The notes below the pieces were generated by a model. The model saw only the letters and a program-made list of their open reading frames with translations. It was not told the DNA's origin and made no database searches. A DNA stretch of 55,697 nucleotides from Catajapyx aquilonaris (Eukaryota). Shown here in pieces: positions 1-13,800 of the stretch (positions within the stretch are counted from its first letter, which is position 1; every line of letters starts with the position of its first letter). The stretch is from NCBI GenBank assembly GCA_000934665.2, contig KZ538659.1, forward strand, positions 1 to 55,697. The letters run 5' to 3'. Position numbers and translations under genes: made by a program.

Positions 1-170
1 CTCGCGGCGAGGTCACTTTCCACGAGCTGGAGGTGAAAGTGTTGAACATTTGTTCAGTAATCCGGTCTGCGAGGTGGCACGATGTGATTGCGAGCTCTAT
101 ACGAGGTTGCAAGGTCCACACGACCTCACTGCGAGCTCGTGGCAATGTCAAATTTTGGTAAGGGTACCTT

Positions 171-217
171 CTGAGAGTGGCAGTAGTGTACAGAGAGGGA
201 GGATGCGCCATCTATGT
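171..217 (-). repeat. Dispersed repeat family R (unclassified), fragment
   Basis: ctgagagtggcagtagtgtacagagagggaggatgcgccatctatgt is the reverse complement of the family core. Confidence 0.8.
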
Positions 218-240
218 CTATGTTGACTAGTCTGAAACTA

Positions 241-426
241 GTTGCCAAAATTTGTCAAAACCTATTATCAGTATGAGAGTGACAATGCCTAGGCCCGCCG
301 ATTTACCACGTAGTACTCTTCGTCGGGCATAGATGGCACATCCTCCCTCTGCACACTCCTGCCACCCTCATGTCGTGCGTGAGATAGTGGTACTATCACG
401 TCGGACAAACATCCGACGGAGAGAAT
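241..426 (+). repeat. Dispersed repeat family R copy
   Basis: gttgccaaaatttg...cgtagtac...catagatggcacatcctccctctgcacactcctgccac...agtggtacta...ggacaaac. Confidence 0.8.
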
Positions 427-3400
427 AATCATATTAGGAAAAAGCTATCATCTTGCCCGGAACTTCACAACATCTCCCAGACAGCGCATTAAGAGTCCGC
501 TAAGATAGTTCTTCTTTAATCGCCGAAAAAACCTCCGGACGAGCGGAAATTGCACTCCCGCCGCCGGATATTCGCCTACCATGTGGGAATTTTTCGCTAA
601 AAAGTTTCTCCAATATGTTTTTTTTTGAAAGGGGGAAGAGCGGTGTTCTATCTGTTTTTTCCCCTCCCCCCTCCCCTCTTCCCTTCTCTTTTTGCTGTTC
701 CGGCAACTTTTGTTGCCCGTTTTGTGTCCCAGGTTGCTTTTGAAAATTCCTGCTGATGAGCCGCCTCACAACTGCAGACTTTTCCTTCATTTGCTGGCGC
801 CCCCACAAAAGAGTCCTCCTGCCCCATCCCCAGCAGTCCAATAAAAAAAACATGTGTCCAAATTCTTCCCTCGAAAAGAGCTGCTATCCTCTGGGAGCAG
901 CAAAAAGGGTTGAACTTCGGTTCCATATTTACCGACACGAAAATTTTGAAGGGTTTATCATAAAGCTTCTGGAAATCCCCCGAACCCTCGTCCCCTATTG
1001 TGCTTCTAAATCAACGCCCACTTGGCTGCTTTTTGCTGCATTGAAAACATGGAATCGATTACAATCTGACACTGCTCGTTCCTGCTCAAATTGCTGTGTA
1101 GTGTAGCTATGACCAGCGTATACATTCGCACTGACACCCCGGGTTTTGCAAATTGGAATTTGCCTCTCGTCATGCGACGCATCACTCTTTTTTATTTTTT
1201 TTATTTGGAAAATGGGGGGTGATTGGTAGAGAGTGGGGGACCGATGGCATCGTGTGATGAATTGATTAACTAGAGGGGATGGCCACTTTAGCAGGGTAAA
1301 GCTTTCAAATTTAGGTGCGGGTACAGTCATTTTCGTAGCAATTGCATCCGCACCTGCTAACCTGACGTGCGACCACATTACGGGTCATCCGGACAAATTT
1401 GCCAAAAATTATAAGCAAGTTTGGTTTAAAAACAGTCCCTGAGAGGATAAATTAGTTCAGCTTAATGAGTACGAAATTATAGCATAAACATGCCAATTAC
1501 CGATCTTTTTTTGATACATTTTATGTGTTTCTGTTGTTCATAGTGCGAAATATTTTTGCAGAAAGTCATGTCCCACTGTATTGACGAGAGCACAGTGTTT
1601 TTCATATGGTATATGTGATCCGAGTTATCCTGGCAGCTAGGCCATGCGTTGCACAAGAGAGGCTTGCAGGATTGCTCTGAAATGTTAGGATAAAAACCTG
1701 GCAAAACTCAACCCCAAGGTGCAGCTTTATTTCGTAGGCGAGATTTATACTCCAGCAATGTTGAACTCTGTGACAATATTTTGCCCGTAGCGCAAAAATA
1801 ATAATGACAATTTAGTCAGATGTCATGTTTTTCCGACATGACATTGATAGGCATGTGTCAAGACATCTAACAAAACTGCGATCCATTATTTGCCTTATTT
1901 TGTGTGGCATATTATTTTTTTTGCAAATATCTGTTTTTTTGCCACATATAACTTTCAGCTATGCAAATATGATTTTTTTTTCTCCGTCTGGAATTGTGTC
2001 CTGGCAGGCAATTCATTTTCCAGGTCGGGTCAAAGGTCGCGCTCGAATCCACTCTCTTGGAGAGCCCAGTTCATCTAGAGTCTAGACAGATTGCAAAAAT
2101 GTGTTTGGTTCCCCTCAGCACTCATGTAGGGTTGGGTGACCTCGTCTGAGCATGATGATGCAGCGAGAGGAAAAGGGGGGTTTGTAATGAAAATGGCGAT
2201 CCCGTGTTATTTCCCATCCTGCATGCTTGCTTGGTTGGGTCGGGTTGGCGCAGTTCGAAGAGTTTAAGGCCCCGGAATTGGTAGTAGTGCAGAATAGGGT
2301 GTATACACCGGAACCGAGGGAATCGCCATCTGATCTATTCTGTTCGAGTCTGTCTCCCACCCAACCCACCCTCTCCCCGAAACTTGCGGCTCTCTTCACA
2401 TCAGAGAACCCGAGGGAACAAAACGAGGAAGCCCCATAAATACCAAAGTACCTGCAGCCAGGAAACGTTTGCTTGCCGGGGGTTCACAATCCGGGGGAAA
2501 GCTTTCAATACCGTATTTGCACTCCGATGAAGTAATGGGGTCCGGAGAGAGGAAAAAATAGAGAAGGAAAAAAAAATGTGGGGCAGATTTTTATACACAA
2601 ACTCTATTCGTATTTTGTTGCACAATGCAGCCTATTCACAGCATTGTGTGTCTGTGGAGAGATGGGAGTATGAATTATGGACTCAGAATAAACCACTGGC
2701 ACGCCTTTCTGGCCATAATGCTCGCATAAAAAAGGCAAAGATGAGAGAGAATTGAAACTCTTTTCTCTGCGAAAAAAATAATCCTGCACATGCACAGAGC
2801 GAATTTTGTGTACATTATTTACGTACGAATTGTAATTCTTTGGGCGGTATTATTGATATCGCGATTATTAGCTTCAAGGTATATGTACGAGGAACGTGGA
2901 AATGTCCACCTGCAAAGGGCCTGATGTTGAATACATATTATTTTGCACATAATTTAGCTGGATGTTGATGTAACAGTCATGAGCTACATAATATTATGAA
3001 TTACTTGGTCTTGTTTACATAATATTGAGCCAGTAGGAGTACTGAGAAAAACTGGGCCGATTTTTAATTCAGAGACCAGTAAGAGTAACAAAGTTACCTC
3101 TGAATGCAATATGTAATGTAGTCGTGCTTGTTGCCATTCGCATAGTAAAAAAATTACTCCTGGGCTTTTATGTAAAAGTGGAACAAATGGAGTGGGACAA
3201 CCTCACAACGTAAAAAAAAAAAATAGAAGGAAGGAATGTAAGGGTGGGTAGGGGGAAATATATAAGAGGAGGAAGTTATGTTCTCCATCCAAGCCAAGTT
3301 TCCGGAACGACACAATAAGAGTCGGGGAATGTAGCTGTCCGGATCCAGAAGGCCGATTTAATGGGGTATGATTTGGGAGCCCCGGAGAAAAGTCCCCGCA

Positions 3401-4643
3401 GCCCCCTCACTCTCAAAGGAAGGGAAAAAGAGAGAGAGAGATGAGAGAGAGAAAAGGGAAAGGAAAGAGAAAAGAAGAGAAAAAAGTTTTCTGTAGGTGT
3501 ACCGTTCGTCATGGGTTCCGGTGACATGTTGCGGGCGCCCCAGTTGCTGCCTCCTAATAGAGAAAGGCCGTTGTCACAGCCAAGCAGCGACACTTGACTT
3601 CATCTCCCACTGATTTGCGGCGGAAAACTCCCAAGGTTTTGAGGAGGTGGGAAAAAAATTCTCAAAAAGTCGTAACAGCTTGAGAAAATTTTCAGAAGTT
3701 TCTGGCAGGAAAGGTTCTGTGCGGTTTATTATAGGAGCATATACAGTGCAACAGCAAAAAAAATATTAAAGTAATTTTTTTTCCGCTTAATTTGTGTTTA
3801 GCTGGTGTGTCAGTGTATTGGCACAACAGATAGTCCGGAATCCTCATTTCCTCCGGGTAACAGGCATGTACACTGCCTTTCACTCCTGATCCCATCCATG
3901 TTGACACAGATGGAGCCCCTACATGAAACCCCTCTCTGTAGCGGAAATCTTGCCAACTTTTTACCCTCCCGCAGCAACACCAGCTCTTATATATATTTTA
4001 TCCATCGCACACCAACCACTCGTCACTTGTGCACACACCTCAACCCGGATCCGGCCAATTAAAAACCCCAGAAGCACTCGTTGAGGGTTGGAATATTTCC
4101 GCAGAAAATATTCCCTCTTGAGAACTCGTGGGGGCTGCCAATTGCACAGCGTTTTCTCCGGGAGAAGTTTTTGGTCGGTAGGGAAAGTGCTTTCCAAGTG
4201 GACTATCCCAGATTACTCAAATCCTCCGCCATTATTTTACGAGCCTCGCCCCCCCAAAAACTTTCTTATCCGGGACCAGGCCTCCACTCCGGAGATGAAG
4301 ATAAGCAGCCTGTACCGGTATACACGTCCAGAATAACTGCTCATATATTACGATTAAGACTCGTTTCTGATGCCGTCCAAGTGAAATTAAGCGTATAAAA
4401 AGGGGAACTTGGATGAGGGAGCAGTGGCCTGCAGGAATGGGAAGAAAGAGTGAGTTATGTTGTTAGCTGCTACTGGGATAGCTGCTAATTCAGAAGTGAT
4501 TATGAATTATATTATCAACTCGGCCACTCGGAGAATGTTAGGAATCAAGCATAGCAGTAAATTCTGCACTTAATTTTTTTTAAACAAATATGAAGGTATG
4601 AGCAGCTATGCACTGTGCAACTATAGCTATTTTATATGCTATA

Positions 4644-4850
4644 CAGGGTGGGCCAAGTTCAAGTGTCGTTTTATAACGGCGATTAATAGCAGTGATTTTG
4701 CGATGACGTAGCAGCGACGCGTAAAATGTCCCACTTCGGCGCATCTTCGGCGCCATCGAAGTGGGCAATTTTACACGTCGCTGCTACGTCATCGTTAAGC
4801 GCTTCTATTAATCGCCGTTATAAAACGGCACTTGAACTTGGACCACCCCG
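4644..4850. mobile_element. 207-bp foldback MITE, Tc1/mariner-type ends (family M2)
   Basis: TA|cagggtgggccaagttcaagtg...cacttgaacttggaccaccccg|TA. Arms of about 95 bp are reverse complements around a short centre. Confidence 0.88.
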
Positions 4851-4938
4851 TATATTATTATATTAGCTATTACTAGTGAACCAAATCTTTGGAGAAACTG
4901 CCCGGACCACTGACTGTCCCTGATTATAGCCCTACATA

Positions 4939-5269
4939 CAGGGTGTTTCAACTTTTTTGTCCGAACAGTTATCGAAAAATTGCACGTAGCTGCAACTTTG
5001 TAAGCAGTGACTTGTAACCGGTGATTTGTCGGGAGATTGGGGAATGGGGAAAAAGAGGGCCACACATCCCATGGTATGTGTGACCCTCTGTTATCCAGGC
5101 TTGACCCTCAATTTTCAGCGGGCAGCACGTATGCCACTTCAACCGAAGATTCGCAGCGAATTTTCCCCGTTCCTCCGAAAAATCACAGTTTGCAAGTCAC
5201 TACTTACAAAGTAGCAGCTATGTGCAATTTTCCGATAACTGTTCGGACAAAAAAAGTTGAAACACCCTG
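4939..5269 (+). mobile_element. MITE family M1 copy 1 (Tc1/mariner-type, TA target duplication)
   Basis: TIRs of about 89 bp starting cagggtgtttcaacttttttgtccgaacag, with TA on both sides. Three more copies occur in the window. Confidence 0.93.
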
Positions 5270-7599
5270 TATTAGCTCTTATTACATACAGTAATAATAC
5301 TTATTATTTACGGGCTATTTTAGTGGCTAATTGTAGTGACTATACTTTTAACTATAACTTATAATGTTGGCTAATATTAGCTGCTGTATATTTCCGATTT
5401 GTTACAGTAAGCCGGGGAAATTAGTGAAAGGAAGATTAGATTTCCTACGCATCATTCTAATGACAGAAGACGAAGCTAATTTTCAAAGGCTTTTTAATTA
5501 AGAAGCATAGCTCCTCTCATGGAAAAATAATAGGTTAAGTACGGCTCCCCCTACTTATTAAGTGGCAAAAATTCCAGTCTCATTTACCTAATTAACACGG
5601 GGAAGAAAATGGGTGGGAGGTGAGGTATAGGAAAGACAGGTCTTCTAATCTTGTTTGAGTTTGGGCAGGAGATGGTGACGTATAGAGAATAATAGTCAGG
5701 AGGGGGGGGGGGGGGGGNGGAGGACGATTAGCATTTTTTTAACGGTTGAGTTTAACGAGTCTATTAGTCCCATCCACCGTGAAAGAGATAGCCGGAGCAC
5801 TTTGATTTGTGGCGCATTTTAAGTGCCAGGCCACGTCGATATACCCAGGATTATCCGGGTATTGGCCAATTTTTAGCGAATTTTGTTGGAGGATACACTG
5901 CCTGCAGTCTACATTAATTACAACAGTAGGTGATTTTTTAACGAGCGCAACCTAGGGCGCACCCACTTTTGCGCACCTCCGTTGTCCTGACAACGTTGCC
6001 AGAGTAACTCACCAGGGGACAGAGCCTCGGCAACGTCGCAAAAGTCGGCCATTTTGTTCCCTCCCAAGCATAGTGATGGAAATAAGCGAAGCGCTTATTT
6101 GACAGAGAGCCTGCCAGATATCTTTGCTAATACCAACCGTGCAAGATGCGCGAACTGTGGCGCACTCGTTTAAAAATGCATCCATGGTGACGTCATTCGG
6201 ACAGTTCAAAGGAGTGTACGATATGCTGCGTATATGGAATGGCCTGCTTTTTAGCTGACATCTAACAGGGAGGTTAATATGTTCTGGTTAACGAGCAGGA
6301 TAGGTCGAGCGCGAAATTCTTTGCCGCTTGAAAGTGCGAAATTTTGCACCTCCCCCCTACCCCCCATAACATCCAACCTGCCCTGCCACCAACGACTTAA
6401 TTTGCCCCCCAGCTAATGAGTGCTCAGAGGTTAAAGCGAGCCCACTGGAGTGGAGTTATGAACGCATCAACAGATGCATAATCCCCATCCGCAAATGGCT
6501 GCTCTCCCAAATGATATATCGGGCGGGTCTGACTTGTCCCACGCCATTTTTCTGACTGCGTTTGGCACGTACAGGGTGGTCCAGAATGACTCGGAAAAAC
6601 TAGATGGGAAAGTTCTGGTGTTGTCATTTTTAGGTTCTGCATAAGATGATAGGTTTTAATACCAGTTTTGTGCCGGATTCGAGAAACCGATATCCAGGCT
6701 GCAGATAATTTATGAGGCATGATCGAGCCGAGGCTGCCAAAGTTTACGACTTGTCACGACGGCCTGCATCTGAGATTCTGATGGAATCGATGATGCAGCC
6801 TATCCCTCCTCCTCCTGCTGCTGCCTTCCAACTAATCAAGCCAAGCCTGGGCAATTGGGCCTGGCTTTGCAGAATGTAATTTTCCCTGGTGCCAGACAAG
6901 CAATGCCAAGCCCCTGCCTGTCTACCCTCCATTCAATGCCGATATGCAATTAGGTGTCTGCGATGGAGAGGGTGGGAGGGGTAGGGAGTATGACATGACA
7001 AGCCTATAGGACGGCGCAAAGTTTGTTGTTGGGTCGTCAGCACGCTGATGCACTTTATAAGTCAAATTAAGAGAGGATAGTATATGGGGGTTTTTTTTTT
7101 GTAAGGGCAGGCCTGATTTTGCCTGAATGTTTTTGGATGCGACTCTTTTCAAGGATTGATTTCTATTCGGGTGGGCTTTGTATATACGATGCGAAATCAG
7201 CGGCTAATTTACGGGAGTGCGTCATCGATAACTGAAGGAAAGTACTCTGAAAAAATACGTAGCTAATCCTGAAATCCAACTCTATACATTACACATACAG
7301 AGATTTTTGGGACTAATTTTAGTGAAATACTCTCACAAAAATCACCCCAAATGTGATTCGATGCAAGTATTTTTTGCAAATTATAATAAAATTACTACTG
7401 AAATTATGAAATAATAATTGTGCAAATAATATAAACACAGGAGGTCTATACATTGCATTAAAACTTGGACAGGTTAATAAATGTTTTCCTTTATTAATAA
7501 TTTTCATGCATAAATATAGGGCTATGCATTGAGCGCATTTTAAAATTCACACGCGAATTCAATCTATCCCAGTTTTAATGCTCTCCAGATTTTCAGTGA

Positions 7600-7850
7600 A
7601 GCAATAAAGCGGAAATAATACTAAATAAATAGTGAAAAATAAAAAAATGACAAATAAATAATGGAAATGAAAAATTGAATAAAGAATGAGAAAGAAAAAT
7701 GAAAAAATTAACAATAATGGAAATGAAAAATGAAAAAATAAATAGGAACGAAAAAGAAAATTTAGAAAAATAATGAAAATGGAAAATGAAAAAATAAATA
7801 ATGAACGTGAAATATCAAAATAAATTACAAAACAGTTCAAATAATATATC
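7600..7850. repeat. A-rich low-complexity tract with degenerate aaatgaaa units
   Basis: Recurrent aaatgaaaaa / aatggaaatgaaaaat motifs. Confidence 0.7.
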
Positions 7851-9138
7851 GAATTTATCCACTGTATTAAGACGCTACTACTAGTATCAGCATAACGATG
7901 AAGGAATGAACCGATCATGCCCTGACATTGTCTTGAAACTCTCTGTCTCACATAATACCTGGCCCAGTCTGCTGGAGCCATTAGCTGTAAACACACCAGG
8001 GCCGTCTACGGGCTATAGAAATTACTCCACTATCTTGGGACACCTTCATAGCAAAGAAACACCGGGAGATCGTTACACCCCCCACCCCACACCATGGTCC
8101 TTCCTCCCTCCCTCCCTCCTTCCACCCACCCACCACTTTCTCCTTCCGATGTCGAGATTAAACCCAGCACTTTAGAGCGTTCTTTGCCACCGCCGGAGCA
8201 AAAGGATCGATTTTCTTGGCCCCTTTACCATGCCCCAGCCTGCCTTCCAATTCCAGGGGCCCTTGTTTCGAGATATTTAGCCAGGGTTTTCCAGCAGAAG
8301 GAGAGAGAGGGGGGGGGGGTGGGGTCAAACAGATGGCACTTACGACCCTCGTCAGATGCGGGTCGCCAGGTTTCCGATGCTTTTTAAACGACTATTAGGT
8401 CAACGCTGCTGCGGTTCGGGAACAACCAATCGGCTTTTGAGTGTAGGCTCATTGCGGCGATGGCTTCAAGGGGGATGCAATCAAGCCGATCTTCTTAAAT
8501 GCAGTGTACATTGTCTTTGCACGTAGCACGGCCAATGCGCCATGATGTGCAATCATGCTAGTTTAAATCAGGCTCAATCTGCGAAACCTTGCAAAATTAG
8601 AAGTTGTTAACTCCCCTGGAATAATGATCCACGTGCTGATCGAAGCTGGAACAAATTTGAACTGGATTGTTTGGCAAAGTACCGGGTTCTAAAAATAAAG
8701 CAGGGGGAAAAAAAAGAGGATAAGTCCTAGGGCCCTCTGGATATCAAACACAGGTGGACACACCGCTGACTTTGTCTGGAGCACACTAGATGAAGCCACT
8801 TCCATCCTCCCCTCTTCAACTTTCGGTGTTGACACTCAGGAATCAGGGAAGCTTCCAGACTGCTCAAACACAGCTCAGGGGATGGTAGAGAGAAAGGGGA
8901 GAGGGGGGTGGGGGAGTGAAAGAAACTGTTTTATTTGCTCGGATGTGGACACCCTTTTGGGTTTCGAGGTTGCTCTCACAGGCCTTGACATTCTATGAGG
9001 AGAGACGAACTTCTTGCTTTGACCACCAAAAATGGAAGTAGAGAAGTTGCCATTCTCTTGAAAATATGTACGAAAGCTTACTTAAGAAGATTGGTATGAA
9101 ACAGGTATATAATCTTCGAGCACAAATTATTTTCGGAA

Positions 9139-9517
9139 GATCTTTCCTACGCGACGAAGTGGCGGGATTCGGCGTGGAGGTGCGGGGCCGAATGCACGTG
9201 ACGCCCGAGGGCATATAGCCATGGCAAAGCCACAGTATCGTTCGTTGGTTTGCGTCCCCACAAAGCATGCAGTAATTTTTGAGGTTGCATATTCCACAAT
9301 AAGCGCCCAGCTCCGCTGATGCTCCGCAATTAACTACAATTATCCCGCTAATGGACGGACCTTGCTATGGCGGGGACACAAAGAGCGACAGTAGGCCTAC
9401 TGTACAGGGAGAGGTCAGAAAAAGCTATACGGAAACACCCACCCATTTGGACGCGCCCTCTGAACTGCCCCCCGCGCCGCCACCTCCATCCCACCACTTC
9501 GTCGCGTAGGAAAGATC
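9139..9517. mobile_element. Foldback element of about 375 bp bounded by GATC, unclassified MITE-like
   Basis: Perfect 24-bp inverted repeat gatctttcctacgcgacgaagtgg / ccacttcgtcgcgtaggaaagatc, plus degenerate inner complementarity (tttgcgtccccacaaagca / tgctatggcggggacacaaa). Confidence 0.7.
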
Positions 9518-10476
9518 AGACGAATTTTCATAATGCGCCATTTGTGCCTTTTGCAAGGCCTTCTGAATCAGCTAGAATTAAGGCAAAGTACATGCAATGT
9601 GAATGCCTACACATAACAGGAGATTTTCTCTTACACAACCTGATCTTTGACACTAATTGCGAAAATGTCGGTGCCGGAATTAATCCTGGAAAATAAGCGA
9701 GAGTCCAGGTGGCAAATCCTGTCAGCAGATGTCGGCCTCTATTTCCGAGCTGGGCGAGGGCTCAGCATGTGAGAGTGTGTCTCTCTCTGTGTGGGCGGGT
9801 ATGTGTTGGCGAAAACTTCCATTAGTCCCTGGATGTGTTTGGTGGGGGATAATCCCCCGCACTCCAGCATCAAATGGGATATGGTTTATGAGACGCGAGC
9901 AGTGCTGCTGGGGTGGGGGAGGAGGTTTGTAGTAGTAGGCCACCCAACCCCACCCACAGGCCATGGCATAAAACGAGCCCTGAGGGCCCCATGCACTTTT
10001 GGACCGAAAATAAAACTAATGCAACATGACTCCCTTGCACCTAGAATGGGATGCAAGGGAGTCAACACCGCGGCTCGAGTCCCATTGGATTCAACCGGAC
10101 TCGGATTACAAAAAGAGGATGGTGGTGGAGGAGGAGGAGGGGGGTCGCAACCCAGCCTTTACCAACGGTAATCAAAAAACAAGCGGAGAGAGCACTGGAT
10201 AAAAAAACAAAAGAGGTCCGCACCACTACATGTACGGCCACTTAAGTCTGAATCGCTGAGTCCCGGGGAGACTATCAAAAGAGCAGGTGTTACAGGATGC
10301 CTCTCAAAGGGACTCAAAAATACTATCAACACAGTGGCATTTTTTCACGCTCATCTATCCACCAATCATATTGGGTAGATGAACGTACTTAAAACGCTAT
10401 ACATATACTTGTTTGTTTTGCAGTAGGCGATCATGTTGTACTACTCTGCTTTCTTTTCCAACCCGTTATACATATA

Positions 10477-10800
10477 CAGGGAGTTTAAACTTTTTTGTCC
10501 GAACAGTTATCGGAAAATTGAACGTAGCTGCTACTTCGTAAGCAGTGACTTGCAACCGGTGATTTGTTGGAGGAATGGGGAATGGGGAAAAAGAGGGTCA
10601 CACATCCCGTGGCATGTGTGACCCTCTTTTTTCCAGGCTTGACCCTCAATTTTCAGCGAGGCAGCACGTATGCCACTTCAACCTACGATTCGCAGGGAAT
10701 ATCCCTCCGAAAAATCACTGTTTGCAAGTCACTGCTTACTAAGTAGCAGCTACGTGTAATTTTCCAATAACTGTTCGGACAAAAAAGTTGAAACACTCTG
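10477..10800 (+). mobile_element. MITE family M1 copy 2
   Basis: TA|cagggagtttaaac...gttgaaacactctg|TA. Collinear with copy 1. Confidence 0.92.
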
Positions 10801-13800
10801 TATTTCGGTTTAAATTTAAATTTTGAGAACTGAAAATCAGTACTTATGCCCAATGAGCTTCCGACTCTCCTTTTTACATATGAATTTATTCGTCCAATAA
10901 GCTTTTAAAGGTTGATGTGTTGTGCTTATAAAGATCGCGCTTGTGGAAACTGGTTGCGTGTAACTTCCGGTTACCAGGTGTGACAACTCGCCACGTTCGA
11001 ATACAAATATTTGAACATGTGATTTTTTTTGGGCGGACAGGCACGTAACGATTGCGGTCGTTTTGTTCTGACATTACTTTAACGCTATTTCACTACTTTC
11101 GCATGATGTTGACACTCGGAACTTTTTTTATAAAAAAACGACGAGAATCGTTCTCGCTGCTGGATATTTTCCGCATATTTTTTGCACACTGCTTATTCAA
11201 TATTGCGCGCATTTTTTTCAAACCCACCCCACCATCCCCACCCCAGGTGGTTCGTTTGTACTGTAAACCGCTGCAATGAACGCCCCCGTTTTTTTTTCTT
11301 CATAATTCCAGCGTACGTCGATAATAAAGTGCGGCTGTTATGAAACCAGTGTTGATTCAAGCCTATTTTTTATAGAGTTGAAGTGAGTGGTAGACGACCT
11401 ACTTTTTTTAACCAGACGCAAACACTATACGCAAGAGTATTTTTGGTGTGCCTGCATTTGGCCCTTCAACCCCTATACCCCTCGGGGTGATAACTCTGTG
11501 AGCATTCATGTTTATCAGAGGATTGTAGTGAATAGGTGGGCATGAATTGCGGGGAGCAAATCCCACCGACGAAAGCACTTGAAAAAAAAAGTTTCGCCAA
11601 AAAAATTTATCAGTGAGCGTCCGAGCAGATAGCAGTGTTTGCACACATGTCAGGGGCATTGATGGTTCAAGTTGTTGATGGCATGACAAGATGGTGCACT
11701 TGCCACGGTTCAAGATAACCTTGCTGAAATCTTTAAAAAATGCATTACGCCATATCTCATTTATGCCCCCACGTAATAGCGCATAACGGGGTGTGTGTCT
11801 GTGATAGGAACCATTGGAAATGGTCGGGGTAGAAATTCAAACGGAAAAAGTTCAGCCAACCCCCCCCCCCCCCCTTTTTTTTGGAAACCAAACTGCCGCA
11901 AATTGCCTGGTCCAGAACGACCGATATAGGCCTGTATATTTTTAATCGGATTTTTAGGAGCCGCTTACTGTGAAAACCCCCCGTCATAACCGAGAGGCCA
12001 TTGAAAAACCGAGGGTATAGGATGCGCATGGCCTCCAGAAATGGACGGATATGTTTCTCTAAGTGGACCAGTTTTTTTTTTTCGGCGTTTTCCAGTGTGG
12101 TCGAACTGGGTTGGTTTGGAAGCAATTGCACTGGAGGTTGGGAGTTTAAAAGCCTGGGATTTAAAACAGTTCGGTGTCCTAATGAGGGTTCTCACACGTA
12201 CGGTGTTGGCAACACTGTAATTGGCTCCAGATATGCTGCGCCCATCTGCCAGGAAAGTGTAATGAGGGAGGGCGTTCAAGGGTAGTTTTTGTTTTCCTGG
12301 TCAAAAAAGTTTCGGTCAGTAGCTCACGGATCAAGATCATTTGGGCGAAACCTAAAGCAGACCTTTAGTTTCAGATGCCCGTTATGGAATTTTTGGGCAT
12401 GAAAAGACACAAATAAATAAAAATTACGAATTGAAGCATAAATGTGCGAAAAAATTGGCATTAAAATAATTTGAAGGAAAATACTTGCGAATTTATATCT
12501 ACTGCTGTAGTACGTACAGTACAGTATACTCGTAGTGTAAAGTAAAAAGACGGGGGTGGTGATTACGATATTCATGCAAAATTTATATTTTCATTATTTT
12601 TCTAAAAATTGTTCGGAGTTTGAAAATTTTGCTCGTATTTGATAGATAACTTATTCGCCAATTTTCAGAGTTATTACAACGAAATTCAACAAGTATTGAC
12701 GTGTTGAACACGCTTAAAATATTCCGACAAATGTGCTTATTGTCTCTAGAATTCAAATGACCACATGTTTGAATAGAAATAATTAATACTTTGCGCAAAA
12801 ATAAAATCGCTTCCATTATTTTCAATGGCTGAAGTGATGAATGTGTAGAAAAATCGAATTTTACGCAGTACATTATGAGAATGTTTATTCTTATGATTAC
12901 CTGAATTGATCGCTAAATTGTGAACAGAGAGTCCATAGCGGATTAAGTAAAGTCCCTATAATAGGTATTTCAGAAATTTAGCTGACATTGTGGTTGCTGA
13001 AACAACTCCATTAGACCACGTTACTTTCATTTGACAATGCGGTTTGTTCATCCCAACGTAAATATTTATGGCCATTATCAGCTTTAAAGGTCATAGTTTT
13101 TTGTAATTACACCGAACATGTGCTACTCCCATAAATAATTGAATGATTTTTTTTTTCCGCGTGGGATCTACCTCATGATTGTATCAGCCGATTTTTTCGC
13201 TATATATCTAAGCACTGATAGCTAAAATGTACCTTATCTCCGTACTGTGGGCATCGAAATGTCACCGACACTATCGGACTTCGAAACAGTCCGTCACTGT
13301 GTTATTTTAAACGCGACTCGACCCCTACCGAAAGTGCTGATTAATGACAAATTGATTCATTTTCCAATAAGCACAGTACCGATCGTTGCGAGTGACGAGC
13401 CCAAAAAAAAAAGGCTGCCATCGACGGTGACTTTTATTGAGGCAAGGCCACCAGAGACTATTTGTTGATCTATGTGCGCATATATATTTTTTTTTCGTGC
13501 CCATAAGTTGAGCAAATGGGTTTTGTGGACGTGGAAGCTGGGCAATATTCGTCCACCCAACCCTCCACCACCCCATCCCATTTCCAAAGTCTGCAGATTT
13601 ACTACCGGGTTTTAAAGTAACGGGTTTGCCATTTTTTTTATTCCGAGAGGATTCTGCTATATACGTCTACACCCACAGCACTGCATTTCTCTGCGAAAAC
13701 ATGATTGCAAAATATTTTTGCATGGAAGCTTCAAGGAGTTGCAGAACACCCGCCCGAAAACCCGTCCGCTCAAATAATTTGCCCTCAGGAACAGTTCTTT

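Noticed and set aside
1..140. Inverted similarity ctcgcggcgaggtc / gacctcactgcgag with repeated cgaggt/cgagct motifs
   Set aside because: Possibly a degenerate foldback element, but it is cut by the window edge and too weak to call.
145..163. ATG TCA AAT TTT G|GTAAGG as a possible first coding exon
   Set aside because: Phase 1 does not match the phase-0 exon at 16543, and the sequence resembles the family R palindrome.
7559..7996. Hydrophobic 145-aa ORF resembling a membrane protein
   Set aside because: The F/I/L richness comes from the reverse complement of an A-rich low-complexity tract.
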